A DNA stretch of 63,912 bases, the filler included, from Albugo candida (lineage: Eukaryota): NCBI GenBank assembly GCA_040437565.1. It is 7 parts of 7 records of this genome, joined end to end, with 100 filler letters (N's around TTAATTAATTAA, not from the genome) between each part and the next. Parts side by side here need not be neighbours in the genome. Positions count along the whole stretch, not along the records: positions 1 to 10,084 come from JBDOQK010000116.1; positions 10,185 to 20,095 come from JBDOQK010000118.1; 5 more parts are not named here. One strand, given 5' to 3'. A program made the position numbers and the translations under genes. The notes under the pieces are model-generated. The model searched no databases, was not told the DNA's origin, and saw only the letters and a list, made by a program, of their open reading frames with translations. Positions 1-13,127 of the stretch are shown piece by piece (the first letter of the stretch is position 1; every line of letters begins with the position of its first letter).

Positions 1-29
1 TTCTCCAGAGGCATATGTTCCACGAATGA

Positions 30-1900
30 TTACCTCCACAAAGTTTTGCAGATACCTTCATATGATTCGAGCATCATTTGCGTGTACTTGTGTTGGTGGT
101 TTTCAAAAGAAAGAAGATACATTAGTGATGATTTTATCTGCATCACGATATTGGACTCGAAGTCAGAAGCGTCAGTTTGTCCGCTGCTCAATTCAGTCTC
201 TTGTTCAAAATCTGCATCCACTACAATCTCCTAATCTAAATGGTGCTCCTGAGGACTTTTGGTCGTTCGCCATATGGATTCAGTAGCAGAAACATCATTG
301 GAATTCGATCTAAGTGTTGCATCGTTAGATGTCGGACGTGCAAAGGTCATTGTCAATGGACGCAACGCTGCTTCCAATAAGAGCATCACGTGTCGAAAAG
401 GTGCTGTTTTCACTGAATTTCTGCTCACCGCAATTAGAGGAGCAAAAAGATCAACCTGACCAATCTTTTCTGCCGTCATATTTGGCAATAGCTCTCGAAC
501 AGTTGCCCCATTATCAGGGAAATTGGCATAAAAATGAATACCAATGGGTCCAGGATCTGCGAATGTGACGTTATATATGCTGGCATTATCAGTTTTTCTC
601 GAGGTTTTTTGTGTGGGTGAGCATGGCGCACTATTGGTCAAGTCTGGGTTTGACTGGATTCTGAGTAAAAACAGCTAATGACACGTTTTCTTTTATTTTC
701 ATTTTGAGCACAGCATTAGAAAATGAGCCAAATGTGATTTATCGTCGAGGGAAAGTATGAGTCTCACACTTTAGTCGATTGAATGGTGTCACGATTGTGA
801 GAATTCTCGTTTCTTTCTTTGTTCATAAAGACTTGCATCAAAATTTTCTGATTTTTATCGACGTTATCGTGCTGTCCGTGTCTTCCTTCCGATTCATTTG
901 TAAGCCAACTATCTTCCTGAGTGTACCCTTCTTCTCCACCACCCAAAGTGCGTGCCGTAAACAAGCAATTAGGACCTCGTTCTTCTCATTCGTTCTTCTT
1001 GATCCGCTTCCAGTATACTTTTGTTCCATGTTATTCAAATTCTCTGCGTACTCTGGTTGACAGTCATAGACAGAAGTTAGAGTCTCAAATTGTTGCGTCA
1101 ATGGCTCACAATGAGTTCCATCTGACGCAACATTCTTGACCTGATCGACATCAAGCTTCGAGCCAGTTGAATACTTGGAGGAATAATACATTCCTTAGGC
1201 CCTATCCACTTCCTTGAAAGCGGTATGTACACTATAAATCGGCTGTGTATACTCCTTGAAACGGATTCCAGTTTATGAAGCGCACTTCCGACCTGAGGGT
1301 ACTTCATTAAGCTGATACCATTCGAACTGTTTTGAAGGTGTACGTTCAAATCCAACAGATTTGTATCTCCTCGTTGTAAATCCAAAGATGGAAAAGTTCT
1401 TCCGAGGCCGTCAGTAATAATGCGTTGATCGATGTGGCACTCTTTCGCATTTATGTGCTCCGAATGTGTCAAATGACCCCTCTTTTTTCAAAGTTTGATA
1501 CAATGCGAGCAATTGCTTCCCTTTCAGTATCAATGCATTCCGGCCAGACAATGACGTATCAAGATAGTTTTCATGAGATTCCAACTGACTCTTTCCGAAC
1601 TCATTTCAATGAGCTGTTTACGTCTTTGTTGACGACTCGATCGCAAGAGACGGGAATGTAATCTATCGAGTCGTCGAGTAACGGTATAGCCAAAATAACA
1701 GCTACATCTAAGTAATAGTGGTGAAGGAATATCAACCAGCCCGAGTGCGCTAATTGGCTCCAAAGAATCACAAGAAAGAATGGATTACCCCGTAGAAGTA
1801 GATCTTGCGCTGATGTGAAGCTTCGGATGGATACAATCTGAGCAACACCGCAAGATACCAGATCATTAGGGCAGAGGCGCTGCGATTTTTTGTACAGCAA
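30..1900 (-). pseudogene. Fragmented or degenerate gene with a PDZ-like domain
   Basis: ORF 231-641 has a PDZ-like segment (YNVTFADPGPIGIHF...LIAVSRNSV...VMLLLEAALRPLTMTF). It is followed in the same frame, past one TAG, by ORF 30-221. Upstream ORFs 838-1191, 1098-1472 and 1601-1900 are in shifting frames. Exon structure is unresolved. Confidence 0.4.
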
Positions 1901-4900
1901 TATTATTACAAGGCTGAATGGTGGTGAATGAGATTGCGCAAGAAAGTTGAATAAAGTGTTTCTTGTCTCTGGCTGAAGCTCCTGCAGTGCAAGAAATGAG
2001 TCAAATTAGTATGAGATGTATTTCTAGTAACAATATCTTCCTATTAGTCCACGAACTTCGTATGACCCGCTCTAATACGAGGTGACTGGAAACGTTTTCC
2101 GATTTTGACTGGCTGAGTTCTGATAATGGTGCGAGTTCCATGGTGGCAAGCCCGTTGAGGGTGACATGGGGAAGGCCCACTCAAGGATGGCTCTACATAT
2201 GAACTGCCCACACGTTGCTCGGATAATCATTATCGTTTTTCATCAGATTCCGTTTATTTGTTTGACTCGGCTTGTAAAAATATGCATGCTGGCGGTATTG
2301 ATTCGAGATAAGCAGATGCGATCTTCTTGTGAGTTTTCCTTCTGCTGTTGCCTGAAAAAGGGAATTCTAGAATGACGTATGCAAACTTGAATACAGGCAA
2401 CTTCGAAGGTTATGCGATCGATAATTCGATTTTCCTCTCTGACAAATCTACAGAACACAAGCCTAATGACGTGCAGGAAGGTTCAGCTTGTAACGTTGTC
2501 CGAAGAGCCCACGCCTTTCTGCCAGCACGTAAAAATACCTGGGGCAGAATATCCAAAAGAGGACCCATTCTTATGTTTAATGGCAATCAGAAAATTGTAT
2601 GGCGTGCATAGATGGTTTTGATCATTTCTGAAAAGGTTATATTCATACATTTTTAAACGGCATAGTAAGCAAGCTGGCCTCCAGGAGAAAAAGTTAACTG
2701 CGACATATCTTCAACGAGACTCAATCTACAAAGTGCAAAATCTGAAGTAAACCTTATGATTAAATTTTTTTAGCGTACACTTTATATTTGTGTACTCTTC
2801 AACAGTCGCTTTACTGCGTGTGCTAAAAATGGAGTGTCCGAATTGTATAAAACATTGCCAGGATTCCTAGAAGCGACTTTTACATTAAAAAAATACAGAA
2901 GTGGCTCTCTACGCCATTTGATCTAATTATTTTTATCTGATTTTTTATGAGACACGCCGCAGGTCATAGTCGTGATCACTTGTTGTAAACTGTGCAATCT
3001 ATGATCAATCATTGGCTAAAAGCACACATCATACCTTCTCTAACATCGTAAAATCCGATAAGCCAAACACCCGGATGTTTCTATTGGATGAAGTAAGTAT
3101 CACTGCCGCTTTACAACAAAAGCAAAGGACGATAGTGCCGAATTTGCAAGAGTTCACACGTACACTATTCCAATTGAATGTTTGATGTGCTATGGAAAGT
3201 ACGTACCCGTACGATGAATCCATTTTTGAGTTTTGCTCCATCAAATAATAGCTGTTTGCAGACGTCGATGTGGATAATGAAAATGGAGCAGATCTTTTAG
3301 ATTGCCCTATCATAGACATTGGTATACACTGTATATTTCAATGTTGATGTGCTCATTCCCCTACTCCACAAGTACATTAAAATGACCAAAACGTACATTA
3401 GTTTCAGCTGCTAGTAAAAGCATAGAAACTCTGCAGTGCTGTATCTGTACACACTATCTATTCTTGGTCGGTTGGACCACGGTTCTGGATTCTGTCCTGG
3501 ACAAGGATATCTTCGACTGGCATCTAGAGTTCCTAAATGGCTGTTTCACGTGCCGAGTGACAGTAATCGAAAGATCCGACAGGCAGCTGACAGCACATTG
3601 GCTGAGTTTTCAAAGAGATGATGGAGTCCACTTAAGTGGAATATCAGGGTATAGTAGATATCTTGGCCCATCAATCGTAATCAAAAGAGCGATTCAATCG
3701 CTTAACAGCAATCATCTGGGCTCATGAATTTGTTGATTTAAATGGTATTAACTTCTCAGCTTTCATGTTCATGTAATATGCGCAATTGCGCACGGCATTT
3801 TAATCGCTGAACACGACATTAGTCAAGTTGCTGAATGAGCAAATGAAGATTGCTCGGAATTGTTGAATTCGAAAAAGCAAGATCTGGAGTATTCTCCATT
3901 CATCCAAAATCTCTGCTGTGAATATCTAAGTGATCATGTACCTACATGGATGGATACGTCGCGCTGGATCAGTGTTTCCGATGCCGTTGTACTGATACAC
4001 TGCGAAGTCTTGGACGGATATCTATGAATAGGCACGATAATGTCTCAGTGCTATTCTGATTTTATTGCAAATACTTGGCGTCTGCTGGAGACGCGTGAAA
4101 GTCTGTTTGTGGCGCAAAGTGTACGCCGTACTGGATGCTAAACGTATTTTTATGGTATTTGTCAAAGTTTGGTCAGTATGGAAAACGAAAAGCTCAAGTC
4201 AGTCGATCAAGAAGAAGGAGGAACACTTATAGTCACGGAAGCTACCTACCTTAAAGAAGGATACCGGGAATGGCGGTATTAATGAAGGTCAAGTCATCGT
4301 GCCAGGCTTGGATCAATTCGATCCAGAGTTTGCTACGCTGATGTTCCGTACTTTCAATCTGATTCTATTAACCACAGCAGAAAAGGACAATTTGATACAG
4401 AGTTTTCAGGTAGATGCCAGCCTAAAAGGTACACAAGTTTTCATGGTATGGCTTCATCCAATAGCATGGCCACTTGTTATCCTTTTTATGTGTAGACGTT
4501 ATTCCAGTCATGGGTGGTACAATCCGGTTACTGCCTTCAGTTTAGGTTGACTGGTTCAATTATACTCGTTGTCGTCCGCGTTGGTCAGCATTTTTTTTCT
4601 TTTCATTGCCGCTGTCCGCACTTTCACATCACATTTATGTGAACGAAGAAGACCACCAGTGAATCAGGTTCTACGTGCTGCATTCTCAATGGGCTGATGA
4701 AATTCAAACAGATAGAGCAACTCTTATGGATGCTATCCTAGAGATGGTCCCAGAAGTTGAAGCGTTTATCAATCGATACCCAGAAACGCTAAAGATAGCT
4801 CAACAATTGCTATTTTAGGTACTTTAACCAGTTGAGGTGTCTGTCGGCTGTCACGATAGCTCATGGGGACTGTTACTAAAGAAAAAGCCAGCACAATGAA

Positions 4901-6789
4901 TCCACACATAAGACGATATCACGATTAGAGTAGCATTTGCCAAATGTAACATGAAGGAGAGCATGCAGCTTTAATTGAGTTCACTAGGGGGTCTGGAAGC
5001 AAATCTCTACGATACGTTGATCGCTTTCTTGATCGATAGAGGTACGAGTTAGCACTTCGAACGACTCGATGAAGGTGCCGGACAGAGCACAAAGTGGTCG
5101 AGATCGATCAATAAAGGCGTTTCACTTTCTTGATGCCGTGATACTCAAAACGCAGCAAGATTGCCAATATCTTTATTATGTGAATGGAGCTATGATTCCA
5201 CAAATAGAAACAAACTTTGGTCTTGGAAAAACGTTCGTCCATGATGATGAGGTGGTTATGGATCCTTGCAACTGTAAAGTAGCCTCGTAATCGGATGGTT
5301 CACTAAAAACTAGAGTTTTGACCCACGTGTCAATCACGATACAGACGACATTGGAGCGATTGATGATGTGATAGAGGCTCTATTGATGCGTTTGATGGGC
5401 TACTCAGGAACTCAAATTCACAGAAGACACATTACGAAATGAAATGTATGCAATGAAATTGCTTTACGAAACTGCAAGCTGTATCTCCGATGCGTATGAA
5501 GTGGCATTTTTGATAGCGGTTTGTGAAGAGAGTGTACCGAAACTCTGTCTCAGAATCGTATTACATTGGAAAGCATTACCGTATTTCGACATCCGAAAAA
5601 CCGCAAACTATCGCCTGTGATTCAAAGTTGCGAGCAGTGCTGCAAAATCATGTTCTTCCAGTTCACTTACACCGTAATACGATGGAGCTAATTCTGTCGT
5701 TTGACTGCTCGACATTACAGCAACATGTCTCACAATGATGCTTGCCTAAAAGAGATTCAAATGCAAGACAAACAGCTGGAAAACCCGACTAGACGCCTCA
5801 ATATATGATATTTCGTGTATGTTGAAGAATTTTAGATATCAAAGACTAAATATGGACCATGTGAGATCAGCACTCTTGTTGTTCAACAAGCCTCAGAGTG
5901 TACTACGCACGACATCAAACATTCCATATAAGACCTTGCTGGAGGCATTAATGTCATGTAGGTGTGATAGAGATTCTATTTCGAATAGAATATAAGACCG
6001 ATAATGCAACGCTTGTTCTAAAATATACTCGAACTCATTACTCTTCATATCACCTTCCTGTCGACCAAACATTTTGATGAGATCGGTTTCGATTACCTCG
6101 ATCGCTAATATCGAGATTTCAGGAATATAAGCTTATGAAGCTCGCAAGGGTTTAGTTGAGCCGAATCTCATCACCATTTCTCCTGACTTTATGCAGTTTT
6201 TCTCTAAATTATGCGCAGACGTGGGAGTGTATGGCCAAGTTGAGACGAATAACCTGACGGAAACGAATTTATCGTTCAAAAAAATTTTCGACGAGGAGAA
6301 GCCGCTACTTGGAGCTCGTGATGTTCTTTTAAAGATTTTATATTCATATTTATAATGATAATAATGTATAATAATAAAATAATACTGTAAGACATCAAAA
6401 CGTGATCCTCACGCTATCCGCGAATATTTTCGATATGGTACGGACTTTGATCAGCAATGCTGTGTCAGGAAGAATATAAAATCGCCAATTTTGTATTTTT
6501 TGCAGTACATTTGGACCATCAAAGTCGATAATCTATTGCCGGAGGGTTGTCATTCAACACATGGGCGCAAAGGCATGACATTCAGGCGAGTAGAAGGATT
6601 CCTAGTAAAATAACAGCGAACGTCATACTGAAAAGCATTCTTATCCATGCTTCTCTCACGTGTTCATGTAATAGTGCGCTATGCACATCCAGCCGCGAGC
6701 AAAGTAATGTTACGAGTATTTCGGAGCAGCTTGCATGTGGACCATCAGATGTTGTATTCGTCCAAACTCGCAACGATCTTGATAACCGA

Positions 6790-6930
6790 AGCATTTGAAT
6801 CAACAAAGAAAAAGCAGGAAGATCCTATTAGTTTACTTGGGATTGAACGAGAGCACGATGCTACCCAAGATTCACAGATAAAAAAACATTACATCCGAAG
6901 ATGCACAGTGGTTCACTTGATGCAAACTGG
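6790..6930 (+). pseudogene. Possible degenerate J-domain fragment
   Basis: DPISLLGIEREHDATQDSQIKKHYIRRCTVVH resembles J-domain helices I-II, but the HPD motif is missing. Confidence 0.25.
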
Positions 6931-8199
6931 TTGGTCAAGATATCATCAAGTAAGACAAAGACAATACGGAATCAAAAAGTTGTCAGGAATCTCATGATTG
7001 TAATCGATTTAGCACTGTAAAAAAAAGACAAAGCCGCTTTGAGAAGGTTGTCTCCGAACATCCTATAACGAACTATAGAACGGATGCGATGCTGGTTAAC
7101 GATGCAATCACGATGGCAAAATGTGTACGATATCAGCTCCTTTCAGATAAATACCGATAAAACGCGTCTTCATCCTATCAAGCTCCAAAATTCCAAGAAA
7201 ACTCCCGAGCACCCACACTCCGATTCTCCTTCAATGTTTTTCATATATTATTTTCAGCCTCTTAAGAAGTGGAAGACATCTAACAAGTGTAAGCTGCAAT
7301 CTGTTGTTGGTGAAGTCGATTCGAAGAGTGCTTTCTCGCAAATACCGACTACCGCTTCGCCGATTCAAAAATTCCATCTCAGATCAGACGACTCGGCCGA
7401 AGGCGTTGGTCCGCGACAGAAATTCTAGTTGCGTGTCATGTTTGTGAGCATACACTTTCTGTTTGCCTCATTATCTGAAGCAGGAATGGCAGTGCTGCAA
7501 TATCTCTGGCCTTCTTTTGAAGACATTACGAATGCGAAATCTGGTACAAGATCGGCGTGGATGCTGCGAGCCGGCCAGCACCACCAATGATACTATGTCT
7601 AGCATGTTGTCCCAAGCTTGTAGTGCTGTGAGAAATGCGACCTTGCACGTGTTTCACTCTGTTTTGACTCCGGTGAAGTAAGGAAGCTTTCATGCTGGTC
7701 ATCTTTCCTCAGCTGTTCAATCAGCTTCACGCAAACAAAGGAGAAATCAAACACGAAAACGTGCTTCATAAACGTATTTGAAGATTATTTAAGCACAATG
7801 ATTCTCGAGCCAAGCCGTATATCTCCCACGGCTTCGCTTTGAAGAGCATTTTCTTGTGATACCAACTCAATGGAGCACGTCGACAAATCGCTGAAGTCGC
7901 GGAGCATGAGCAAGCCATGAGCAACGTGCGTTTTCTTTCAACATTTCTGTTTGCGTCATTCGTATTCTCAGCCAGCGTCGAGAACTCATTCGCACGCAAA
8001 CACGTTCGGGTCCCTGTGAAGTGGTAATTTTCAAAAACTTTTAGAAGCTTTCTATCTCTTACTCTCTCTATTTTGCACTATCTCAGCTCACAGAACTCAG
8101 AAAAGTATGAAATTTGGATCCGTTTTTTTACTTAGAGGCTCCCAATCTACTCGTTCCGATCCAAGCCATCTTATACGAGCCAGCATGCATCAAGGTTTA

Positions 8200-9100
8200 T
8201 AAAGAATGTAATCCACATATCCAAAACATCTCATGTCAGGAGCATGACTTCACCGAGTAATTGAAGCTGCCCACGAAAATCAAGCTGTAAAAACATTCAT
8301 TGAACATCCTCGAATGTACTGCCAAACGTGCATCAAGTTCCAATATCATTCATGATCGTCGACAACCACGGACGGGACGCATGATGTGTACAAAGGTGCA
8401 GAGTCCTTTGCAGCCACTTTCAAGTCGCCTGATTCGTAAAGAGCTTGAGCATCGTGAAGCTTACAGCTAGCTTTTCGCAAATATAATGCGAATGTGAGAT
8501 AGAAGTCCATGCAGGATACGCGGTCCATCGGAACAAAATTTCCTTTAGCACTATGGATTTGTTTTCCAGAAACGACAGCATTTTCTCAACTCTTTCAACG
8601 AATATATTTTGCCGAAGGGAAGCTCTACAATGAAAGAAAGACGAGGTCGTGCGCTTGCGGCTGGTGACGATTGATAGATTTGGTGCTTTCAATATAAGCA
8701 TACACCATGGAAACGTATCTTTTTAAACAATGGAAAACAACCAGCTGTTACTTTTGCGTATATGCAAATCGAAAGACGCTCTCCGTATCCTTCTTGAACG
8801 GACTGCCGAGTTGAGATACGAAACAAAACGCGATAATACTATCGGAACCTTCAGCCAGCAAAGTTCCGATGTGCGCAAAGCATTTGCAGCAGAAAAAAAC
8901 CGTGCACGAAATTGTCCTGAAAGAATTATCAACGCTGATGACATGTGCTTGCCATCAATCTCTTGAACTTGGATTGCGTCCAGCTGACAGCTCTTTCCTG
9001 GATACAGATTACTTGCTTGGTTACGGCAACATCGTGCGATTCGCAAAATTAGACTTTGTAAATGGTGTTGCTTGTGTAGAATGTGCTTCTTGATTCACGT
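8200..9100 (-). pseudogene. Probable degraded CCG-family (Albugo Cys-rich effector) relative
   Basis: Broken frames carry motifs similar to the CCG gene at 34.6-36.1 kb: CCRNQASNLYP vs CAKKYCSNLYP, FNECFYSL vs LDRCFYSY, KVAAKD vs FKTAKD. There are many stops and frameshifts. Confidence 0.35.
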
Positions 9101-10017
9101 ATTCGTCTTTCCCTTGTACTGTACAGCCACGGTCGACTTGATATCAAAAGGGTTGCATTTATTGGAATCCAGTGACGAAGGGTGCGGAAATTGCATTCCA
9201 GTCACGGTATTTATTTGACTTGGCATACTGACTGCCATCATCACACAATCTCGGTGGAAAGTTCACCATGATAGGTATGATACACTTACCAATGCTTTGA
9301 CCATTATTTGCGGGTCTCCATGAATGTTTAAAGGATGATCCATCGTCTTCTTTCCTCATGAAGAGTTGAAGCCACTTGATTGTAGCATTCGTGATGAGCT
9401 TTCTTTGGTGTAGCGTGAAGCTCAGTTTCGTCAGATAAATCTCTTGAGCGGAAGGTCGTTGAACGTATTGACATTCCTTCGATTTGTAATTGGAAAAGAT
9501 AGTGCTGGAAATGATTCCTCTCGTTGTATCCGTTGGCAAGTAGATCCTCAAAAAATGGATCACCGAACGAGGTGTGCTAGTATCTTTCAAAAGACTTGCT
9601 AAGTACAGACGAAAGGGAAGAGTTAAAAAACTGTCCTTTTCTCTGAAAAATGGTACGAAACATGGTTTCAGGACTTGAGAGCTCATATTTCGACTCAAAT
9701 GTTTCTTGCTGAGTATTACTATCCATCCAATGAATTGGCATCACAGGATTGGGTTGAATGCGCCCTGGAGCATTAGCATCCACAGTTTGTGAAGAATCTT
9801 CTTAGACGAATGCTCGATTGATGGCCAGTAGAAGAGTTTGTAGAGTCATCAAATGTCATTGTTCTTTTACACCACGGGTTCTTTTGTGATCATCGTTGTT
9901 CGTAACCCGGTAGGAGATGATTTCCCACGAAAACTTGATTAACTAGCAACTTTAGTCTCTTTTAATTTCAGCTTGCGTACTTTACACATAGAGCTTGTAC
10001 AGTACGTGATGGCGCAG

Positions 10018-10084
10018 GGTCCGTACCCAGCTCAGTCGGTTAAGCACTTGAGCGCACGGACCCCCTGCCGGAGGTCGTTAGTTC
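10018..10084 (+). ncRNA. tRNA-like or SINE head, cut off by the scaffold end
   Basis: A-box-like AGCTCAGTCGG and the start of a B-box (GGTCGTTAGTTC). The 5' GGGTCCGT can pair with ACGGACCC. It does not form a canonical cloverleaf. Confidence 0.5.
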
Positions 10085-10184
10085 NNNNNNNNNNNNNNNN
10101 NNNNNNNNNNNNNNNNNNNNNNNNNNNNTTAATTAATTAANNNNNNNNNNNNNNNNNNNNNNNNNNNNNNNNNNNNNNNNNNNN
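10085..10184. other. Artificial scaffold linker; the same linker occurs at 20096-20195, 29588-29687, 38980-39079, 47941-48040 and 56893-56992
   Basis: 100-nt N run with a central TTAATTAATTAA (stops in all frames). Intervening scaffolds are 9911, 9392, 9292, 8861 and 8852 bp, in descending order. Confidence 0.95.
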
Positions 10185-12145
10185 ATCCATCAGGAGTTGT
10201 GCTGCGCCATCCAGGTAAGGTTATCACGCCCGGGTGTAACTTTGCTGAGGTAGCATATATACGTATTTATCGAAGAAGTAGATCCTACTAGTTTTAGTTT
10301 ATTAGCAGCATTCTCGAAATATACTCTTCTGTAGTGTTTAGTCTATACACTACGCTCGTTATAGGAACCTCACTAAGAAAAGAAAGGGCTTTATTGATAT
10401 TATACGTCAGCCGGTTGGAGAGCTTGAGAACACTATCCCATGTTGGCATATTATTTGAACGGAATATTTTGTGTCGTGGTCGGTTTTACTAAAATTGGAA
10501 TTTTGAGGTTTCAGGACATATTTTCGACTTTCATGTAGTCTCCAACTTTCAAATCGGGGGATTGATTATATTGTGTACATCAACGAATTGTGTACGATTT
10601 TCACTCAAATGGCTCCGAATGCCCAATATAGTTTTTCGCATTATCCATCAGGAGTTGTGCTGCTACGATCAAGGTAACTGAATATGTTCGCTTACAGAAT
10701 ATAACGAATCTCCCGATTAGAAAGTTTGAGACTACGTTCAGGTCGATGGTACTTCAAAATGTCATACTGAAGACGACAAATAAGATTCTGTTTCAAATAA
10801 TACGGTAACATGCGACAGTGTTCTTAAGCTCTTGAACGGGCTGGTGTATACAACTGGAATACATTTTCTTAGAAGTGAGGTTGCTATAACGTGCGTCGCA
10901 TATAGAGTCCACACTACAGAATAGTATAATCCGTGAACGCTGCATATACATACAACGAGTAGGGGCTACTTGTCTGATATGTAGGTGTTATCCGCTGCCG
11001 CATCAGACGCTACACATGTCGTAAAAACCTTCGTTGATCGCATCTTTACAAAACTCTTGATGGATAATGCGAAACCTGTATTGGGCAATTGCAATCATTT
11101 GACTAAGAATCGAGGAGAATCTGTTCGCTTACTCATACCTCAAAAATTCCAATTTCTCTCCAAACAGAAGAAGACCAATAAGTCCCGTTTCAAATACAAG
11201 GCATACATGGGATAGTGTTCCTAAGATTCTCGAAGTGGCTGGCGTGTACTACTAGAAAGCCATTACTTTTCTCAGTGAGATTGCTATAACACTACAGAAG
11301 AGTATATTCCCGGAATGCTGCTTAAATACCACAACTGGTGAGGTCTACTTCATAGATATATAGGCATATCCGCTATCGCACCGACGTTACACATGTCGTG
11401 AAAAACGTACCTTGATCGCAGCGGCACAACTTCGGTGGATAATGCGAAAATTTATATAAGGCAATCGCAACCATTTTAGATAAAATCGTTGAGAATTAGC
11501 TTGTTCACACAAATTTCAAATCAGCTGATTTGAAAGCTACAGCCTTCAATAAAGTCCCGTTAGTCACGTAATACGTCGAAATTCCAATTTTTCTAAACCA
11601 AAGACGACAAAGAACGTTACGTTTCAAATAATATGCTAACATGCGATAGTGTTCTTAAAATCTCCAACACGCTGGCGCAAAATATCAGAAAAGCCCTTTC
11701 TTTTCTAAGTGAGATTGCTATAACTGGCGTAGTGTATAGAACCCAACACTACAAAAGAGTATATAGCGGGAATGCTGCGTGTATACTACAATAGTACGGT
11801 CTACTTCTCCGATACGTAGGTATATCCGATATCGTACCTGACGTTACACATCACGTAAAACACTTATCTCAATCGTAGCGGCACAACTCTTGATGGATAA
11901 TGCGAAACCCAATACCGGCCAAACGCAACCATTTGAATGAAAATCGTAGAGAAGTTTTTCGTCTACAAAATATAATCAAGCCCACCCCGTACACAAGCTT
12001 GAAACTACATTCAATTCGAATATATTACTAGATACCTCTAAAGTTCAATTTTGTCAAACCAAAGTGGCCAAAGAAGGTTGCGTTTCAAGTAATGTGCTCA
12101 CATGCGATAGTGTTTTTGAGCTCTCGAGAGGCTGGCGTATACTTA
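10185..12145. repeat. Diverged tandem array of a ~458-bp unit with an orientation switch near 10680
   Basis: ATCCATCAGGAGTTGTGC occurs at 10185 and 10643 (period 458). The reverse-complement landmark GGATAATGCGAAA occurs at 11062, 11437 and 11895 (periods 375 and 458). Confidence 0.85.
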
Positions 12146-12149
12146 TGTA

Positions 12150-13111
12150 ACTTTTGCTCGCAGTGAAACCACATCGGTTGTGCCATGTAAAACTTAATGC
12201 GTTGTAAAACATTCCAATCTGTTATTGTGATGCTCTAATCCATGTGATGCCACAGTTTTAATTCGTGTTTCCACCACTACGATTTGCTCTCCCTTTATAC
12301 CCTTTTGCCATGTCGATGTGGTGTGATGGTGAAGATATTTATCGGCTTGTGTGGTCCAAAAGAAGGTTGAATAAGTTGTATTAATTCCGTCGAAGCAGTT
12401 GTCCATTCGCAGGAATGATTTTCGACTCATCGGATGAGAACCCCGCTGGAGGAATTGAATACGTTGCAGCTTTAGACGTTCCACTAAAAAAGTAACTTGT
12501 AGTTCACCATCCTGTCGGCGAACATATAAAAATGCTTTGCTGATCAGGTGAACATGCTTTGAATCTTTTTTGTGGTGCCGACCAAGCACAAAAAAATTTC
12601 GATCTAACATTGACTGCCGCTGTCGAGTAATCTCTGCTGGTATATCAACGTGCATAGCCTTCCTAGCTCAGTTGAAGGTGTCTATATTACTAGAATNNNN
12701 NNNNNNNNNNNNNNNNNNNNNNNNNNNNNNNNNNNNNNNNNNNNNNNNNNNNNNNNNNNNNNNNNNNNNNNNNNNNNNNNNNNNNNNNNNNNNNNNATCG
12801 GCTTGTGTGGTCCAAAAGAAGGTTGAATAAGTTGTATTAATTCCGTCGAAGCAGTTGTCCATTCGCAGGAATGATTTTCGACTCATCGGATGAGAACCCC
12901 GCTGGAGGAATTGAATACGTTGCAGCTTTAGACGTTCCACTAAAAAAGTAACTTGTAGTTCACCATCCTGTCGGCGAACATATAAAAATGCTTTGCTGAT
13001 CAGGTGAACATGCTTTGAATCTTTTTTGTGGTGCCGACCAAGCACAAAAAAATTTCGATCTAACATTGACTGCCGCTGTCGAGTAATCTCTGCTGGTATA
13101 TCAACGTGCAT
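12150..13111 (-). mobile_element. L1/Tx1-like non-LTR retrotransposon ORF2 fragment (post-RT region); 12341-12696 is duplicated across the gap
   Basis: VHLISKAFLYVRRQDGELQVTFLVERLKLQRIQFLQR resembles the post-RT 'PK..GGL' region of L1/Tx1 ORF2. The 5' truncation abuts AGCCTTCCTAGCTCAG. Confidence 0.6.
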
Positions 13112-13127
13112 AGCCTTCCTAGCTCAG

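Noticed and set aside
2900-6330. Coding-like short ORFs
   Set aside because: No recognisable family and many stops, so no call can be supported.
10129-10141. Recurrent TTAATTAATTAA motif
   Set aside because: Synthetic linker. Gene neighbourhoods across these linkers are not biological.
10985-11215. ORF with LMDNAK resembling a DDE transposase motif
   Set aside because: The frame is not conserved in the other 458-bp units and no other catalytic motifs are present.
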